DNA from: Podarcis cretensis
Taxonomy: Eukaryota
Direction: 5' to 3'
NCBI GenBank assembly: GCA_951804945.1
Contig: OX638154.1
Location: forward strand, 38,936,001 to 39,000,000
Length of the DNA: 64,000 nucleotides
Numbering within the stretch: position 1 is the stretch's first letter; each line of letters begins with the position of its first letter. Of the stretch, positions 1 to 11,943 are shown piece by piece. Both the position numbers and the translations under genes were made by a program. Under the pieces are notes generated by a model. It did not search any database, was not told the origin of the DNA, and was given only the letters and a program-made list of their open reading frames with translations.

Positions 1-397
1 GGCATTTTCACTGGAGCAGATATGACATACTGTGTTGATGGATCATCACTTGACAATAAATTATTACTACTGTGCTGTATCCAATTTTTGCATCCCCCCC
101 CCCCTGCAAAAGTTGCCTCTTTACGAGTGGTGGCAAAAAAAAATCCATAGTAACATTGCTACACTCCACTCTTTCACAGATTTTTTTCACATCTATTTGT
201 CTCTACTTCTGTTTCTCCTCTTTTTAAATTTGAAAGCTTCTTCACTGTGTGATTTCAGTCAATCAAATGTCATGTCATACATACATACATACTTTGGGGA
301 TTGGAAGCTGGTTCCAAAGTACTAAACTAATTTTGGATGTCAAGGCTGAAATATTGGAATTCTCCGGAGATCATAAGCTTTGGTGAATACAGATGTA

Positions 398-639
398 CAG
401 TGGTACCTCTAGTTACAAACTTAATTTGTTCTGGAGGTCCGTTCTTAACCTGAAACTGTTCTTAACTAGAGGCGTGCTTTCGCCAATGGGGCCTCTTGCT
501 GCCGCTGCACCTCTGGCACACGATTTCCATTCATCATCCTGGGGCAAAGTTCTCAACTCGAGGTAACTCTTCCAGGTTAGCGGAGTTTGTAACATGAAGT
601 GTTTGTAACCTGAGGCATTTTTAACTCGAGGTACCACTG
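398..639. mobile_element. Tc1/mariner-type MITE
   Basis: TIRs CAGTGGTACCTC / GAGGTACCACTG flanked by TA on both sides; same family in opposite orientation at 43127-43319. Confidence 0.8.
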
Positions 640-3112
640 TACAAGGTTTGAATCATCGTTCAACTTCTAATATCAGTGAAACCAAAGCAAGCTGCGTTTT
701 AAAATTATTATTTACACCATTACCTCTTTGAATGGGTTGGGGCCAAACACTACATTAATAAGCAGTAGGGACTCTGGTTTCCTACCATTCATCACTGCCC
801 CGCACCAGTTAGCTAGCTTGAAGTCACATAAGTAGTACAAATTCCTGTAGACGACTTGTTCCTCAAACATTTTGACCCCAAATATGCAGGTGTTGAAACA
901 AATTATGTCTAAAGTGCTGTCTTCTAAAAACTAGGTTTCTAGCCCCAAATGGTACAAATATGAACAATGCAGAATGAGGTTTCAGGTGCCAGATGGGTGG
1001 GTGGGAAAGAGCGGAACTACTAGGGACTAGAGGGTGGGGGTTCAATGCCCTGTGTTGTCTTTGAAGAAATTATGGAAATTGAGCATGCATGTATATAGAA
1101 TTCAAATGATCAATGCAGAGTTTTGGACCAGAAGCATCCTTGGAAAAGAAGTTGTAGCAGCAACGTCAGACTACCCATGAAGAATGACATGTAGAATGAA
1201 AAATCCACATGGATTTTACAGGAAAGCTCCACAGACAGAAACTGGGGCCCTGCTCACTTGGCATCATAGTCCTTTCCTGAAAAATATGTATCAGTTCTAC
1301 CCTTCAGTCTAAGAGGTGCATTTCTCTCTGGATCTGTGTAGGGGGGGGGGGTATTCCCTTTGAACTGATCTTCTTAACCCAGCATTTAAGACCTCAGCTG
1401 CCAGTGTTAACATGTGAAAGCAAGAATTAAAAACCAGCAGTTGTTTGTGAGTCTCTGTTTGCAAAGGAGACCATGATGTGCTGGTAGTCTCCCTAATTAT
1501 GCTCCCTGGAGATCACATTCTCTAGGCCCAAAAGCATGAAGTTGGCAGGCTGGCTGAACACTCGATGGAAGGGTACTTTTCTTATCACTTAAATCAAGCA
1601 TGGAATTGGGCCAGCCACTTGTCACCCCAGAGTGCTGGAAGAGAGGTCAGACTTATTTTCCCATATTTGTTTGAAAGTCATCACGACCTCATAACTCTTT
1701 TTTCATAGCTTCCTTGCTGGACACTCTCCATGCAGAGTGTTTTAACTAATCCCCAGTGGACTGGCCAGATTCAAAAGAGGAAAAGGCTCTTGTGCCTTTA
1801 GAAGCTGCACGACATGCTACAACTGCTAAAATCCTTCTTCTACATAACCATTAAAGGTGCAGGAATCCTGAGTTTCCATTTGAAAATCTCATGTCAGTAA
1901 AGAAGGAAACATTTACTTTAAAAACATACAGCTATCAATGGCATTTCAGCCATGGGCACAGCATTTCACATTATTAAACAGGTTTTCTTGCTCCACTGGA
2001 AGAGTCATGTCAGAGCTACAAAATCCAGTTGAAATGGAACTTCTGCCATTTCAGAATCACAAGCTTTACAGTGCAGTCCTATGCATCTTTACTCAGAAGT
2101 GCACCTCATCATGTTTTGTGAACCTTACTCCCTAGTAGCACAACCTGACTCCTTCATCTGCCCCAGCTGCAACAAAACATGTCTCTCCCTTATTAGTCAC
2201 TACAGCCATGGCAGGTGCTGCAACCTTCCAACAGTTTGACTTCACCCCCAGAGGCACACTTCTCCATCGTCTTCAGAGACAGATGGATGCCCACAACTCC
2301 CTAGTAAGTGTATTTAGGATTGCAGTCTTAAATGTTTCAAAATATATTTGTAGTGTTTTCTGTTGCTCTCCTTATTTGAAATCCATTGTCCTCTGTCTTC
2401 CTTGTCTGTCAGGCAGATGGGCAGGGGACCAACATGGGCTCATTTTAGGGTGATTAGGGGGAAGTGAAGTGCCCCCACATCCCATAAAAGCAAACACACC
2501 CTTAAACTTAAAGTCGGTTTGGGTGGTGTGTGAATGCTTGGGACTCTGAATCAACTTCCACCAACATGTGGGCTGTGCAGCCAGAACAGATGGGATCAGT
2601 AACTTACATTTTTTGAAATATCTGCCTTGTTTTTAATTTACTGTGTGCTGTGTCTGTGGCTGGGATTGCAACATGCCTTTTAGGGCATGGGACTCTTTGA
2701 GAGCTGCAAAGCTAACTGAACTCCAATCTTGCTCCTGACTTTATTTGAGGAAGGCAATTGCAATTTTATCCTGGGTGAAGTTTGTTCTCATTTGTATGCT
2801 AGCTGCTAGGGAATGCAATTATCTTGGATCTTGACTGCCTGAGGAAATGAGCACTGAAAGACTTGGTGGGAACAAAGTACTTTCTCAAATGGAACTGTTG
2901 GCTGACATCCTAAGATTTCCCAGGACAGGGAAACTTGTGTGGGTTTTGTCATTACAGGAGCAGAACATATCACATAGCATTTATTCTTTTTTTGCAATAA
3001 AGGGTTTTTTTGTGGGATGATAATACCCATTTCCATTTGGTTTTTATTTTTTATACTGAAGTCTTGTGCGAGGGTGATATTTTCCTGATTAAGGATTGCC
3101 TAAGAGTGATAA

Positions 3113-3472
3113 CAGGGACGTGGGTGGCGCTGTGGGTTAAACCACAGAGCCTAGGACTTGCCGATCAGAAAGTCAGCGGTTCAAATCCCTGCGACGGGGT
3201 GAGCTCCCGTTGCTCAGTCCCAGCTCCTGCCAACCTAGCAGTTCAAAAGCATGTCAAAGTGCAAGTAGATAAATAGGTACCGCTCTGGCAGGAAGGTAAA
3301 CAACATTTCCGTGCACTGCTCTGGTTCACCAGAAGCTGCTTAGTCATGCTGGCCACATGACCCAGAAGCTGTATGCCGGCTCCCTTGGCCAATAAAGCAA
3401 GATGAGCGCCACAACCCCAGAGTTGGTCACGACTTGACCTAATGGTCAGGGGTCCCTTTACCCTTTACCTTT
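3113..3472 (+). mobile_element. Sauria-type SINE
   Basis: GGGACG..GGTGGCGCTGTGGGTTAAA tRNA-like head, (ACCTTT)n tail, TSD TAAGAGTGATAA (3101-3112, 3473-3484). Confidence 0.9.
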
Positions 3473-4785
3473 TAAGAGTGATAAAGAGGTGTTGTGAGAA
3501 ATCTCTGAACTAATTTTTTTTAAAAGTCTGATATATGTGATTACGGCAGAACAACTACTCCAAACAGGGTTGCTGAAATTTGAGCATGCCTTTTAGCTTA
3601 CGGCAATTGGTGGAAATAGTCATAGACTTACAATATTGGTTGCTGGAAACAAAATGGTTAGGTTGTGCTCTGGTAAGGAAGAAATGAGAGCGGTGATAAT
3701 GACCACACATATGACAACTTGCCTATCCCAAATAATGCACTAATCACCTTCCACATTGACTGGAGATGTAGAACAGGCTATGTTTACTGATCAAATCTCC
3801 CATGGTAAGAAAATACTCTGGATTAAATTTAAACTGAAGTACGGGTTGGCATTTTGATGGCAACAAGGTTGTGTGGAGGCTTTTCTTAATCAGCAGCTAT
3901 GATTCCGCAACACATTCTCACCAAGTAGGAGCTCTCTATTGGAAAATAAAAGACAGGTCCCTTGGTTGCGCCTCCTGTGTCAGAAAAAAGACTCACCACT
4001 GCCTCCCAGTGCTACTTCACATTATCCCCACTTCTCACCCAACCCTGAGCCATAGGCAGTACAGTACTCCCCTCCCCAATCAATCATTTCCTAGGGCATT
4101 ATAAGGTTATTGTTGTTGCTGCTTTAAAAGGAGAAAACAGAGCCTCTCCCTCTCTAACCTCTTGGCTTCTCCAGACACCTGTAGTGATAAGATTCAGCCT
4201 ATGGCACCCAAAACTAAACCACACCTCTCAATTCTTTGCACTACAGCGTAGCTGCTTGTGGAAACTCCATCATGGCTTTTTGTTGTTGTTTAGTCGTGTT
4301 CGACTAAAGAACTGTAAAGGACAACTTGACCCCAAAGGGAGCAGTGAACCAGAAATATGCTATTCGTTTCAGCTGAACAAACAGGTTCTTTATACACACT
4401 CCTTTTCATACACAGGTGGGTAACCTGCAGCCTGAAGGCAGCAGCTTCCAGCCTAATTTATGTGACTTCCAGAACCACCTGAAGCTGCTCCATTCTTCCA
4501 TCCCCTGGAGAGCTCCTTCATTCCTCTTCATTTCTTCTTTATTTACCCTAGCTTTTAAAAGAGCCCCTCGCCCCCACTTACCCGTGCTTCCTTTCTATGC
4601 ATTTTTCAGAACTGGAAGGGGCAGTATTTTATTTTACAAATAAAATAAAATAAATAAAATAAAAAGAAGATAAGTTTTTCAAAAAACTCATTCCTTTTCC
4701 CTTTCTTGGTTGTACGGCCTGGGGAAGAGACGTTTCCTCCCCTAGCTGCCTAATAACAAGTTGACAGGTTTAATATGAGTGGAGC

Positions 4786-4907
4786 AGGGCTTTTTTTCCA
4801 GCTGGAACTCACTAGAACCTCCAGCATCTCTCAGGTGGGCACCGTTGCCATTCTAAGAGAACAAGAGAGGCATTCATGGCACCTCTTTTTCTAGAAAAAT
4901 AGCACTG
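4786..4907. mobile_element. hAT-like MITE
   Basis: CAGGGCTTTTTTT...AAAAATAGCACTG imperfect TIRs; related fragment near 34937. Confidence 0.55.
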
Positions 4908-5674
4908 GTGTGTAGCATGCATTAGTACACAGCATTCATCTTTTAACTTGGTGTGGTATGATGTGTTTATATGTTATTGCAAACTGGATACTTTTAGTTA
5001 AGAATATTGTAAATCTTTTGATGTATTGCAATTTAGTATTCTTTTTTAAAAATTGTAAATTGCTTTGAGATGTTTTTGTAGGGACAACTATCTCATAGTA
5101 ACAATAGTAACTACTGTTATAGTAAAGTCAGAAAGTAGTTACAGTAGCTATATTCGTTGTACTAAAAATAAAATAAATCCTCTGTGTACACATTTGAGAG
5201 TAATCCCATCAGTGGGGTTTACTTCTGATAGAATTCCTAGTCCTATTCAGGACTGTCTGAGAACTGAAACAGGGTTGTTTTCAACTAATTGATGTAGACC
5301 ATCATTTGATCTGCCTCTACCCACCATTGGTATACACCCCTTCCTTGATGGAGTATCCCCAAATGAATGTGGTTCTCAGCAGGAAAAAGTGGCCCATCAC
5401 TGTTTAAATACTATAGTAGCATCATGACCTGTGGCTTGATTAATTCTGTAAAATCTGTTCATTGACAAAGTGGGCTCTTAACTATCCTCTGAGAACACCA
5501 GCTATTACATTTCACTGGGCACAGAGAGGCTGTAGAAATCCCAAAACTTGTTTGTGTATGTGACAGTATTCACTGGTAGAAAATACCAGCACCACTTTTT
5601 TGCTACCCATGGCAGCCATTTTTTACTGGCACCGATGGCACGTTTATCAGTGTATGAGTACTGACACCTCATTT

Positions 5675-5995
5675 ATAATAATAATAATAATAATTTAATG
5701 ATAATAATAATTTATTATTTCTACCCCACCCATCTGCCTGGGTTTCCCAAGCCACTCTGGGCAGCTTTCAATGGAACATTAAAAACAGAATAAAACCTCA
5801 AGCATGAAAAACTTCTCTAAACAGGGCTACCTTCAGGTATCTTCTAAAAGTCAGATAGTTATTTCCTTGACATCTGATGGGTGGGCATTCCACAGTGTGG
5901 GCACCACTACCAAGAAGGCCCTCTGCCTGGTTCCCTGTAACCTCACTTCTCACAGTGAGGGAACTGCCAGAAGGCCCTCGAAGCTGGACCTCAGT
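5675..5995 (-). mobile_element. L2 LINE 3' fragment with (TAT)n tail
   Basis: Minus strand reads ..RQRAFLVVVPTLWNAHPSDV..FRRYLKVALFREVF (L2 ORF2 C-terminus), then 3'UTR and TAT-repeat tail; second copy at 23181-23330. Confidence 0.8.
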
Positions 5996-5996
5996 A

Positions 5997-6329
5997 TTCT
6001 TTTTTTGGTGGAGGGGAAGACAAACTTTATTGGAAGGACACAGGGTGGATTACCTCTCTCTGACCAAGCTGTACAAACATGTCACATAGGGGAGTTTTGA
6101 CCCCATTGGGCTAAAATCAGCAGCGGGCCTCAGAACAACCAGTGGGCCTCACGTTCAGACTCCAGAAGTGTGAGCACATCCCCTTCTCAGACTGGAATAT
6201 GGAATATGGATGATCAAAAGGCTGATGTCATCCTTGAATTCCACACAGACCTGGATGGACTGTGCCTGCGAGTTAGTCCGGTCCAGCACTTTGGTGACTC
6301 AGGCCAACTTGATGGGTCCATGGCAGAAG
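5997..6329 (-). pseudogene. RPS28: Processed pseudogene of 40S ribosomal protein S28
   Basis: Minus strand from ATG at 6321: MD-(16-nt deletion)-PIKLA*VTKVLDRTNSQAQSIQVCVEFKDDIS..II..PV*EGDVLTLLESEREAHWLF* (stop 6132-6130), matching RPS28; intronless, with 3'UTR, AATAAA (6031-6026) and A-tail remnant (6006-5997). Confidence 0.93.
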
Positions 6330-7318
6330 TGACACCTCATTTCTTACAAACAAACAACCCACCCCAAAAACCAACCCATTGGAAATTCGTAAACCTGGAT
6401 GAATCTAATTATTAAATTATACTTGACCTAATTATCTATTATGTTTCCTCTATTTTCTGATGGAGTGTAGTCAAATCAGTAAGTTAACTATAATGTAACC
6501 ATGTAAAGAGTATTATCAATATAAGGCAGCACCGTGACTGCGGAAGTATACTCCAGAAGATCCCTTTGTAGCAAGCTACGTGCTAAAGCCAAAAGATGAC
6601 AAAGCACAGAGCAAAGAGGAACTGCCTAATGAAGTTTCCAGGCTGGGGAAGGCACAGATAATCTATTGAATTTGAAACACCAAATCAACTGACAAATATT
6701 TCATGATTTTTAAACATTGTATTAATTGTTTCAATTTTTAAAAATTGGCAAAATGTGTGGGTTTTTGGAAACAGAACCAGGAAGTGTTCTTTTTTGGGTG
6801 ATTTCCCCCAAAATGCTCAACAACTTCCCCAAGAAAAGCTCAACTTTTTGCATCTGGATTTCTACTTTTTGAAATATGGCAACCCTAGGCTATAAGGACA
6901 TCTCCCTTTTCCCCTCCTGATATATTCAGGTTCCCTAGTTTAGGGATGGAAAACATGTGCTTCCCCCCACCATATATTGCTAGGCCAGCTGGGCTTATGA
7001 GAGTTTGATGCCCTATGGAAGGCCCCAAATTCCCCATTTTTGTTGTAGTATTCAGTTCCTAAATTACCAGCCAAATATTCCTGTATTCTGATGAAAGGTT
7101 TCAGAATTCAGACACTTACCCAAACATATTTCTCATTGCTTCAGTAGCAGTGGACACCATTTCCCCCCTCAGTAAAGAGTGCTCAGGAACACAGACCAAT
7201 TGCCCCAACCCTAAGTGTACTTTCATAAAACTAAGTTCTACAAAAACCAGAAAATGATGATGAAAGATCCCCCACCAATGCAAGATGACCAAAGCCAATA
7301 GTGTCAGGTATAAAATAG

Positions 7319-7324
7319 TTTATT
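7319..7324 (-). terminator. Probable G0S2 polyadenylation signal AATAAA
   Basis: TTTATT on plus strand about 335 bp downstream of the G0S2 stop, in AT-rich 3'UTR-like sequence. Confidence 0.6.
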
Positions 7325-7657
7325 TAAAATGAAAATGTATGTAAATTGTATGCATAGTTATCATAATAACAATAATATAAAAACAACCACCCCACACAAA
7401 GGTGGGTACAAGATGCTACAAGCTTCACATATCCATACCTAAAGAACAGGTACGTAGATTGAAATGGCTGTGTAGTTAAAACTGCTGCATGGCAGCAAAA
7501 TAAAACTGTCTTGGTTTTAGGTATAGAGTCCATTTGCATCTCGCATACAAGTCACAGTTCTCTTGCCTTCTGGAAACTACACTGTCAAGAAGGAATGGGG
7601 CAAGGAATGTCCTGTGCATTTCACGTCACCATGTTCTTGCAGGCGCCGGATGTGCTC

Positions 7658-7978
7658 TTATGATGCATGCTGCCGGTTCACCAAATTTCTCACTGCTAGC
7701 ACCTGCTTGCTTTTTTCCATTGTTACACCCTCCTGTTTCTGAGGCACAACCTCCTCTTTCCTCAGGGGGGTGGCAGGTCTCTCCGCTTCCTTCTCCCTCT
7801 CCTCCTCCTCTTGCCTCTCCTCGGAGGCGAAAGGGCTGCAGACCGTCTCCACCAGGCCAATGACCACACCAAAGAACGTCAGCACGCTGCCCAGCATGTA
7901 CAGCTTGACCATCTTCCCGTTGGGTTTCTGGCTGAGCATCTCTTTGGCAAAGGGAATCAGCTCCTGCATCGTCTCCAT
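7658..7978 (-). CDS. G0S2: G0/G1 switch protein 2 (ATGL inhibitor), 106 aa, CDS in a single exon
   Basis: METMQELIPFAKEMLSQKPNGKMVKLYMLGSVLTFFGVVIGLVETVCSPF...NRQHAS matches vertebrate G0S2 N-terminus, hydrophobic domain and C-terminal RQHAS; exon 2 acceptor at 8016/8017; neighbour of LAMB3 as in mammals. Confidence 0.98.
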   Translation of the reverse strand: METMQELIPFAKEMLSQKPNGKMVKLYMLGSVLTFFGVVIGLVETVCSPFASEERQEEEEREKEAERPATPLRKEEVVPQKQEGVTMEKSKQVLAVRNLVNRQHAS

Positions 7979-8433
7979 CGTTAGCTAAGGGAGTAGACAC
8001 AGCGAGTCACAGAGACCTGCAGAGCAAAACGGAAAAGAGAAAGGACATCAGTTGCAGTTCAAAGGATGTCTCCCCCTCGCCAAAAAAAATCCCACAAGCT
8101 GATCTTTGAAGAAACCGACAGCACTTACAGAAGTGCAGCTTACAATGGCCACGTTATCTCTGCAATTACAGTGCAGTTCAGATTATCTACCTGTCTCACT
8201 GCAGGGCGCATGCATAAGGCTTACCAATGCAAAAAGCATGCGAGCTCGGAGACCCCCCCCCATGCAGCCTCACGCTTGGAAACCTTTAATTCAAGGAATT
8301 CGAATCGCGCTCTGCACAACCTCACCCCAAACTGGCTCTAGGTGAACTGAGCCGCCAGCTATCGACCTATCTCAGCGCCTGTCGTTTAACATCCTGGTTT
8401 TGCTTTCAGAAAACAGAAACCCGCCGTACTCAC

Positions 8434-8550
8434 CAGAACCACAGAGCTGTCAATCTTTGCCTCGAGAGATCTCTTGTTTAAGCAACAGCGGTGCTTTTTC
8501 TGTCTGCTCTTTAGATCCGACCAGGCACTCGGCGCTGCTCAGCTGTTGCC
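8434..8550 (-). other. G0S2: G0S2 non-coding exon 1 (TSS approximate)
   Basis: Donor CTG|GTGAGT at 8434/8433; intron 8017-8433 ends in pyrimidine tract + CAG; no ATG in the exon; TATA box about 30 bp upstream of the inferred start. Confidence 0.75.
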
Positions 8551-8559
8551 TTTGCAAGC

Positions 8560-9000
8560 GCGCAGCCCGGGCCTTTATATTCCCCACACTGGGCGAAGCC
8601 CCGCCCCTGGCCCCAGTCAGCTTGCAAGAGGTCGCCCAGGCAGGCGGAGGGCCAAGGGGGCTGTCCATGCGCCGAGCACGCCGCGAACACACGGAGGGCT
8701 TAGGGGGCCGGACCCTCCCGGGACGGCTAGCTGGCAGGGCGCAGGGCCGGGGTGGGCGCCAGCTGCCAGTGACCCGGGCAAGGAGACGGGAAGGGGGAGG
8801 CCCGTCTCCTGCGCCAGGAGAGAGGGGTGTAGTTGTGTGTCACGTAGCAAGCGGCGGGTCCTCAGACGGGATCTTTACTTTTCTTTTTGCAAAGGTCGGG
8901 GGGGGGGGGTAAGCCCATTTTGCGCAGCCAGGGAATAAGCAGGCGGAGACGTGCGCGGGTGCCAGTGTTAGGATGACCTTCACTCCCCCCACTCTAATAA
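8560..9000 (-). promoter_or_regulatory. G0S2 promoter / CpG-rich region
   Basis: TATAAA (8579-8574), GC box GGGGCGGGG (8607-8599), TACGTG (8846-8841), high CpG density. Confidence 0.75.
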
Positions 9001-9259
9001 AACAGCCTTGCGCTAAAGGGCACGAAAGCTTTGCAAGGAGGCTTAACCGGTGACTTGGCTTATATGCCTCTTCGTTTGCTTTGTTTCGCTCAGTTGAGTG
9101 ATTGGGGTTATTAACCGGCCCCCAAGCGCAATGGTTTAAGAGCAGGGAACACACGCTGCATCCAACAGCAACCAAGTGCCCCCCAGTTGTTGCTGGGCTG
9201 CACCTCCCATCAGCCCCAGTCAATGCACTGGGATAGTGGCTCCTCTAATGACCCTGGGG

Positions 9260-9406
9260 CAGTGGCGTAGCGTGGGGGGTGCAGGGGGGGCCGGCTGTAC
9301 CGGGCGCAACATCTGGGGGTTAGGGTTAGGGGGCGCAAATCCACGGGTTAGGGGGCACAAATTACTTGCCTTGCCCCGGGTGCTGACAACCCACGCTACG
9401 CCACTG
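9260..9406. mobile_element. hAT MITE containing TTAGGG units
   Basis: Perfect 17-bp TIR CAGTGGCGTAGCGTGGG; 8-bp TSD CCCTGGGG (9252-9259, 9407-9414). Confidence 0.85.
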
Positions 9407-9603
9407 CCCTGGGGTAGCTTTGTGGATAGGCAAAGCTTTAAACCCTGGTTTTCCTGCGCCAAACTGAGTCTGTAGACTCTGCCATACTTTAGATACCCGG
9501 TTTCCATATATCATAGAATTGTAGAGTTTTAAGGGACCTATATATGGGAGGGTATGTTTCTCTTGTACCCCACCTTTCACTCAAGGAGTTCCACTGCCCC
9601 CAC

Positions 9604-9705
9604 TTTTTATCTTCACGGCAACCCTGTGAGGTATGTTAGGCTGAGAGAGAGTAACTGGCCCAAGTTCACCCAGTGAGCTTCATGGCTGAGCGGGGATTTG
9701 AACCT
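9604..9705 (-). mobile_element. Old MIR/CORE-like SINE fragment
   Basis: CAACCCTGTGAGGTA..AGGCTGAGAG..GGCCCAAG..GGGATTTGAACC; similar copies near 44600-44730 and 45860-46000. Confidence 0.55.
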
Positions 9706-11824
9706 GTGCCTCTGTGCATGCGCAGAAGTGCCGAATCGCAACCCATGCATGTGCAGACGTGGGTTGCAAACGCTGCAGGTTGCGGACGTGCATCCCGCAT
9801 GGATCACGTTCACAACCCGAGCTTCCACTGTGCATTTAAAGCAGTATTATACCACTTTAAATAGTCATGGCTCCCATCCCGCAAGAATCTTGGGAACTGG
9901 AGTTTGTTAAGGATGCTGAGAGTGGTTAGGAGACCTCTATTTTCCTCACAGAGCTACAACTCTTGAGTCGTTTCACAACCACTCCCTGTATTCTGGGAGC
10001 TGTAGGTCTCTGTGGGGAATAGGGGTCTCTTAACAACTCTCAGTACCCTTAATAAGCTACAGTTCCCAGGATTCTTTGGGAGAGTGGTATAACATTGTCT
10101 TCTTTGTGTGGTGCAGATGGGACTAAAACTTGTCACACTAACCACTACACCACACTGGCTGTATGTAGGTTCTGTTTGTTAAGGCCCAGCAACTACCTTC
10201 AGAATCCAGCAGTGGGGACCAGCCACCTCTGAGCAGATCCTTCCAGCCCCTTCCTCCAGTGCCTGACTCATTTTTTTTTTTTAAGGGGAAAGGCAAGCAA
10301 CCCATGTTAGCATCATTTCTGTTCTTGCCAGCTTTGAGAATGGTTTGGAGAAATTGCTCTTCTGGTACACAGGGCATGGTTTTCGGCCTTTTGGGATCTG
10401 TGTTCTATTTCTGTCCCTAAAGCCGCTGGGCACTCTTGCGTAAGCCTTTATGCCTCCCTCTCACCTCTCACCCACTAGCTGTGTTGTCTTATTTGGATAA
10501 TAAGGGGTTGCGAATGCATGCAGTCTGTTGCAAAAGTGTCTCTCATTGCAGCAGAGACCTTGTTGCTTTATCCAGATAAGGAAGGGTTGAAAAATGAATC
10601 AGGGAAGGGTAGAGCTTGGTTTAGGCTTTCCAAATGAAAGTGTAGAGGACAGCCGATATCATGGTCGTGCCCACAGCCCCCAACTTCCATGCATTGTATG
10701 CCTGGAAGGGTCGTCACATCAGCTGGCGTGATCAGATTTAATGTTTTTAGAAATATGCTGAGGTCTACCAACTGGTGCCAGGTGCAACACAATATCTCTT
10801 TTTTTGGTGTGTGGAGTTGTGGAATCAGGTGCAAAATAGTGTTTAGGTGATAAACCCATTTATTTATTGTACCCCATGAGCTATACACTGGTATTTTCTG
10901 TATTTACAGGTACAAATCTATATCTGAGCTAATACAAATCAAGGTTTGAGCAGCAAAACGTCACCGACCTTTTGGATCTGTTAAACTGTTGGGAGTTAAA
11001 AACCCTTGCCAATCCAGTGCAAGTCATCCAGCAATGTACCTGCAGATCCCAATTTACCTTCTGCCCATTGTGGATGGCCGGTGTTCTCAAATAATTTAGA
11101 CAGAATAGTGATTCACAAATGATTCTGGAAGTTGTTAACAATTTGCAGGCAAAGATTCACTTCTAAAATGAGATTAGGGGAATCAGGCTACAGTTTATGA
11201 TCTGAGAATCCTACTTCTTCAACCCCACATGTGTGGCAGCAGTTGGCTGGGCTTCCTCAGTGGTGGAAGTAAAATCGCTATTCTCATGTCCAGAAGCCAT
11301 GTTTTATTATTCCACATATTCTAGGGATGAGCTCTGGCACTGAAAGCAAATTTTCAAGTGACAAGCCGTGGTGAGTTCTAATTCTGGTTCAAGCTAAACC
11401 TTGGGTGTTGTAGGACTGGTGGTTATGGTCTTTCCATACTGGAAAGTGATTAAAGGAAGGATCACTTCCATGTCAAACAATTAAACCCATTTTCCCCCTG
11501 GGAATTGTAGCTATGTGAGGCAGTTAACTGCAGTTCTCAGAATTCTTTGGGTGACCCACATGCTTCAAATATGCTTTAAATGTACAGTGTGGATGTGCCC
11601 CATGATCCTATTGTACCACTTCCTGTTCCATCATTTTGTGTGGCCATAAGACCCACTGAGGAGCAAGTGTGAACACTCAATGTACAAGAGGGAAAGATTT
11701 TGTATAGTGGCTGAAACACAATAAGAATTCTAATATATTATTACAAGCCCAGACACCTTTTTTAGCCAATCCATAGAATTGGGTTGCCTAACCATATTTC
11801 CATTTTATTGGTTTTTGTCGATAT

Positions 11825-11943
11825 CTTTAATTGTAGAGTTGGAAGGAACCACAAGGCTCATCTAGTGCAACCCCTGGCAATGCAGGGATCTTTTTCCCAA
11901 TGTGAGGCTCAGACCCACGACCCTGAGATTAAGAGACCCATGC
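11825..11943 (-). mobile_element. tRNA-derived SINE with CR1-type tail
   Basis: Reverse complement resembles the copy at 38588-38730. Confidence 0.6.

Noticed and set aside
2208-2310. GCCATGG start followed by a GTAAGT donor (MAGAATFQQ...)
   Set aside because: No recognisable protein or downstream partner exon; compatible with chance
1-7300. HSD11B1 coding exons expected downstream of G0S2
   Set aside because: No recognisable SDR/HSD11B1 peptide seen; isolated minus-strand donors near 3996 and 7120 are not sufficient evidence of exons
8400-8938. 150-170 aa ORFs antisense over the G0S2 promoter
   Set aside because: By-product of GC-rich, stop-poor promoter sequence; no domain features
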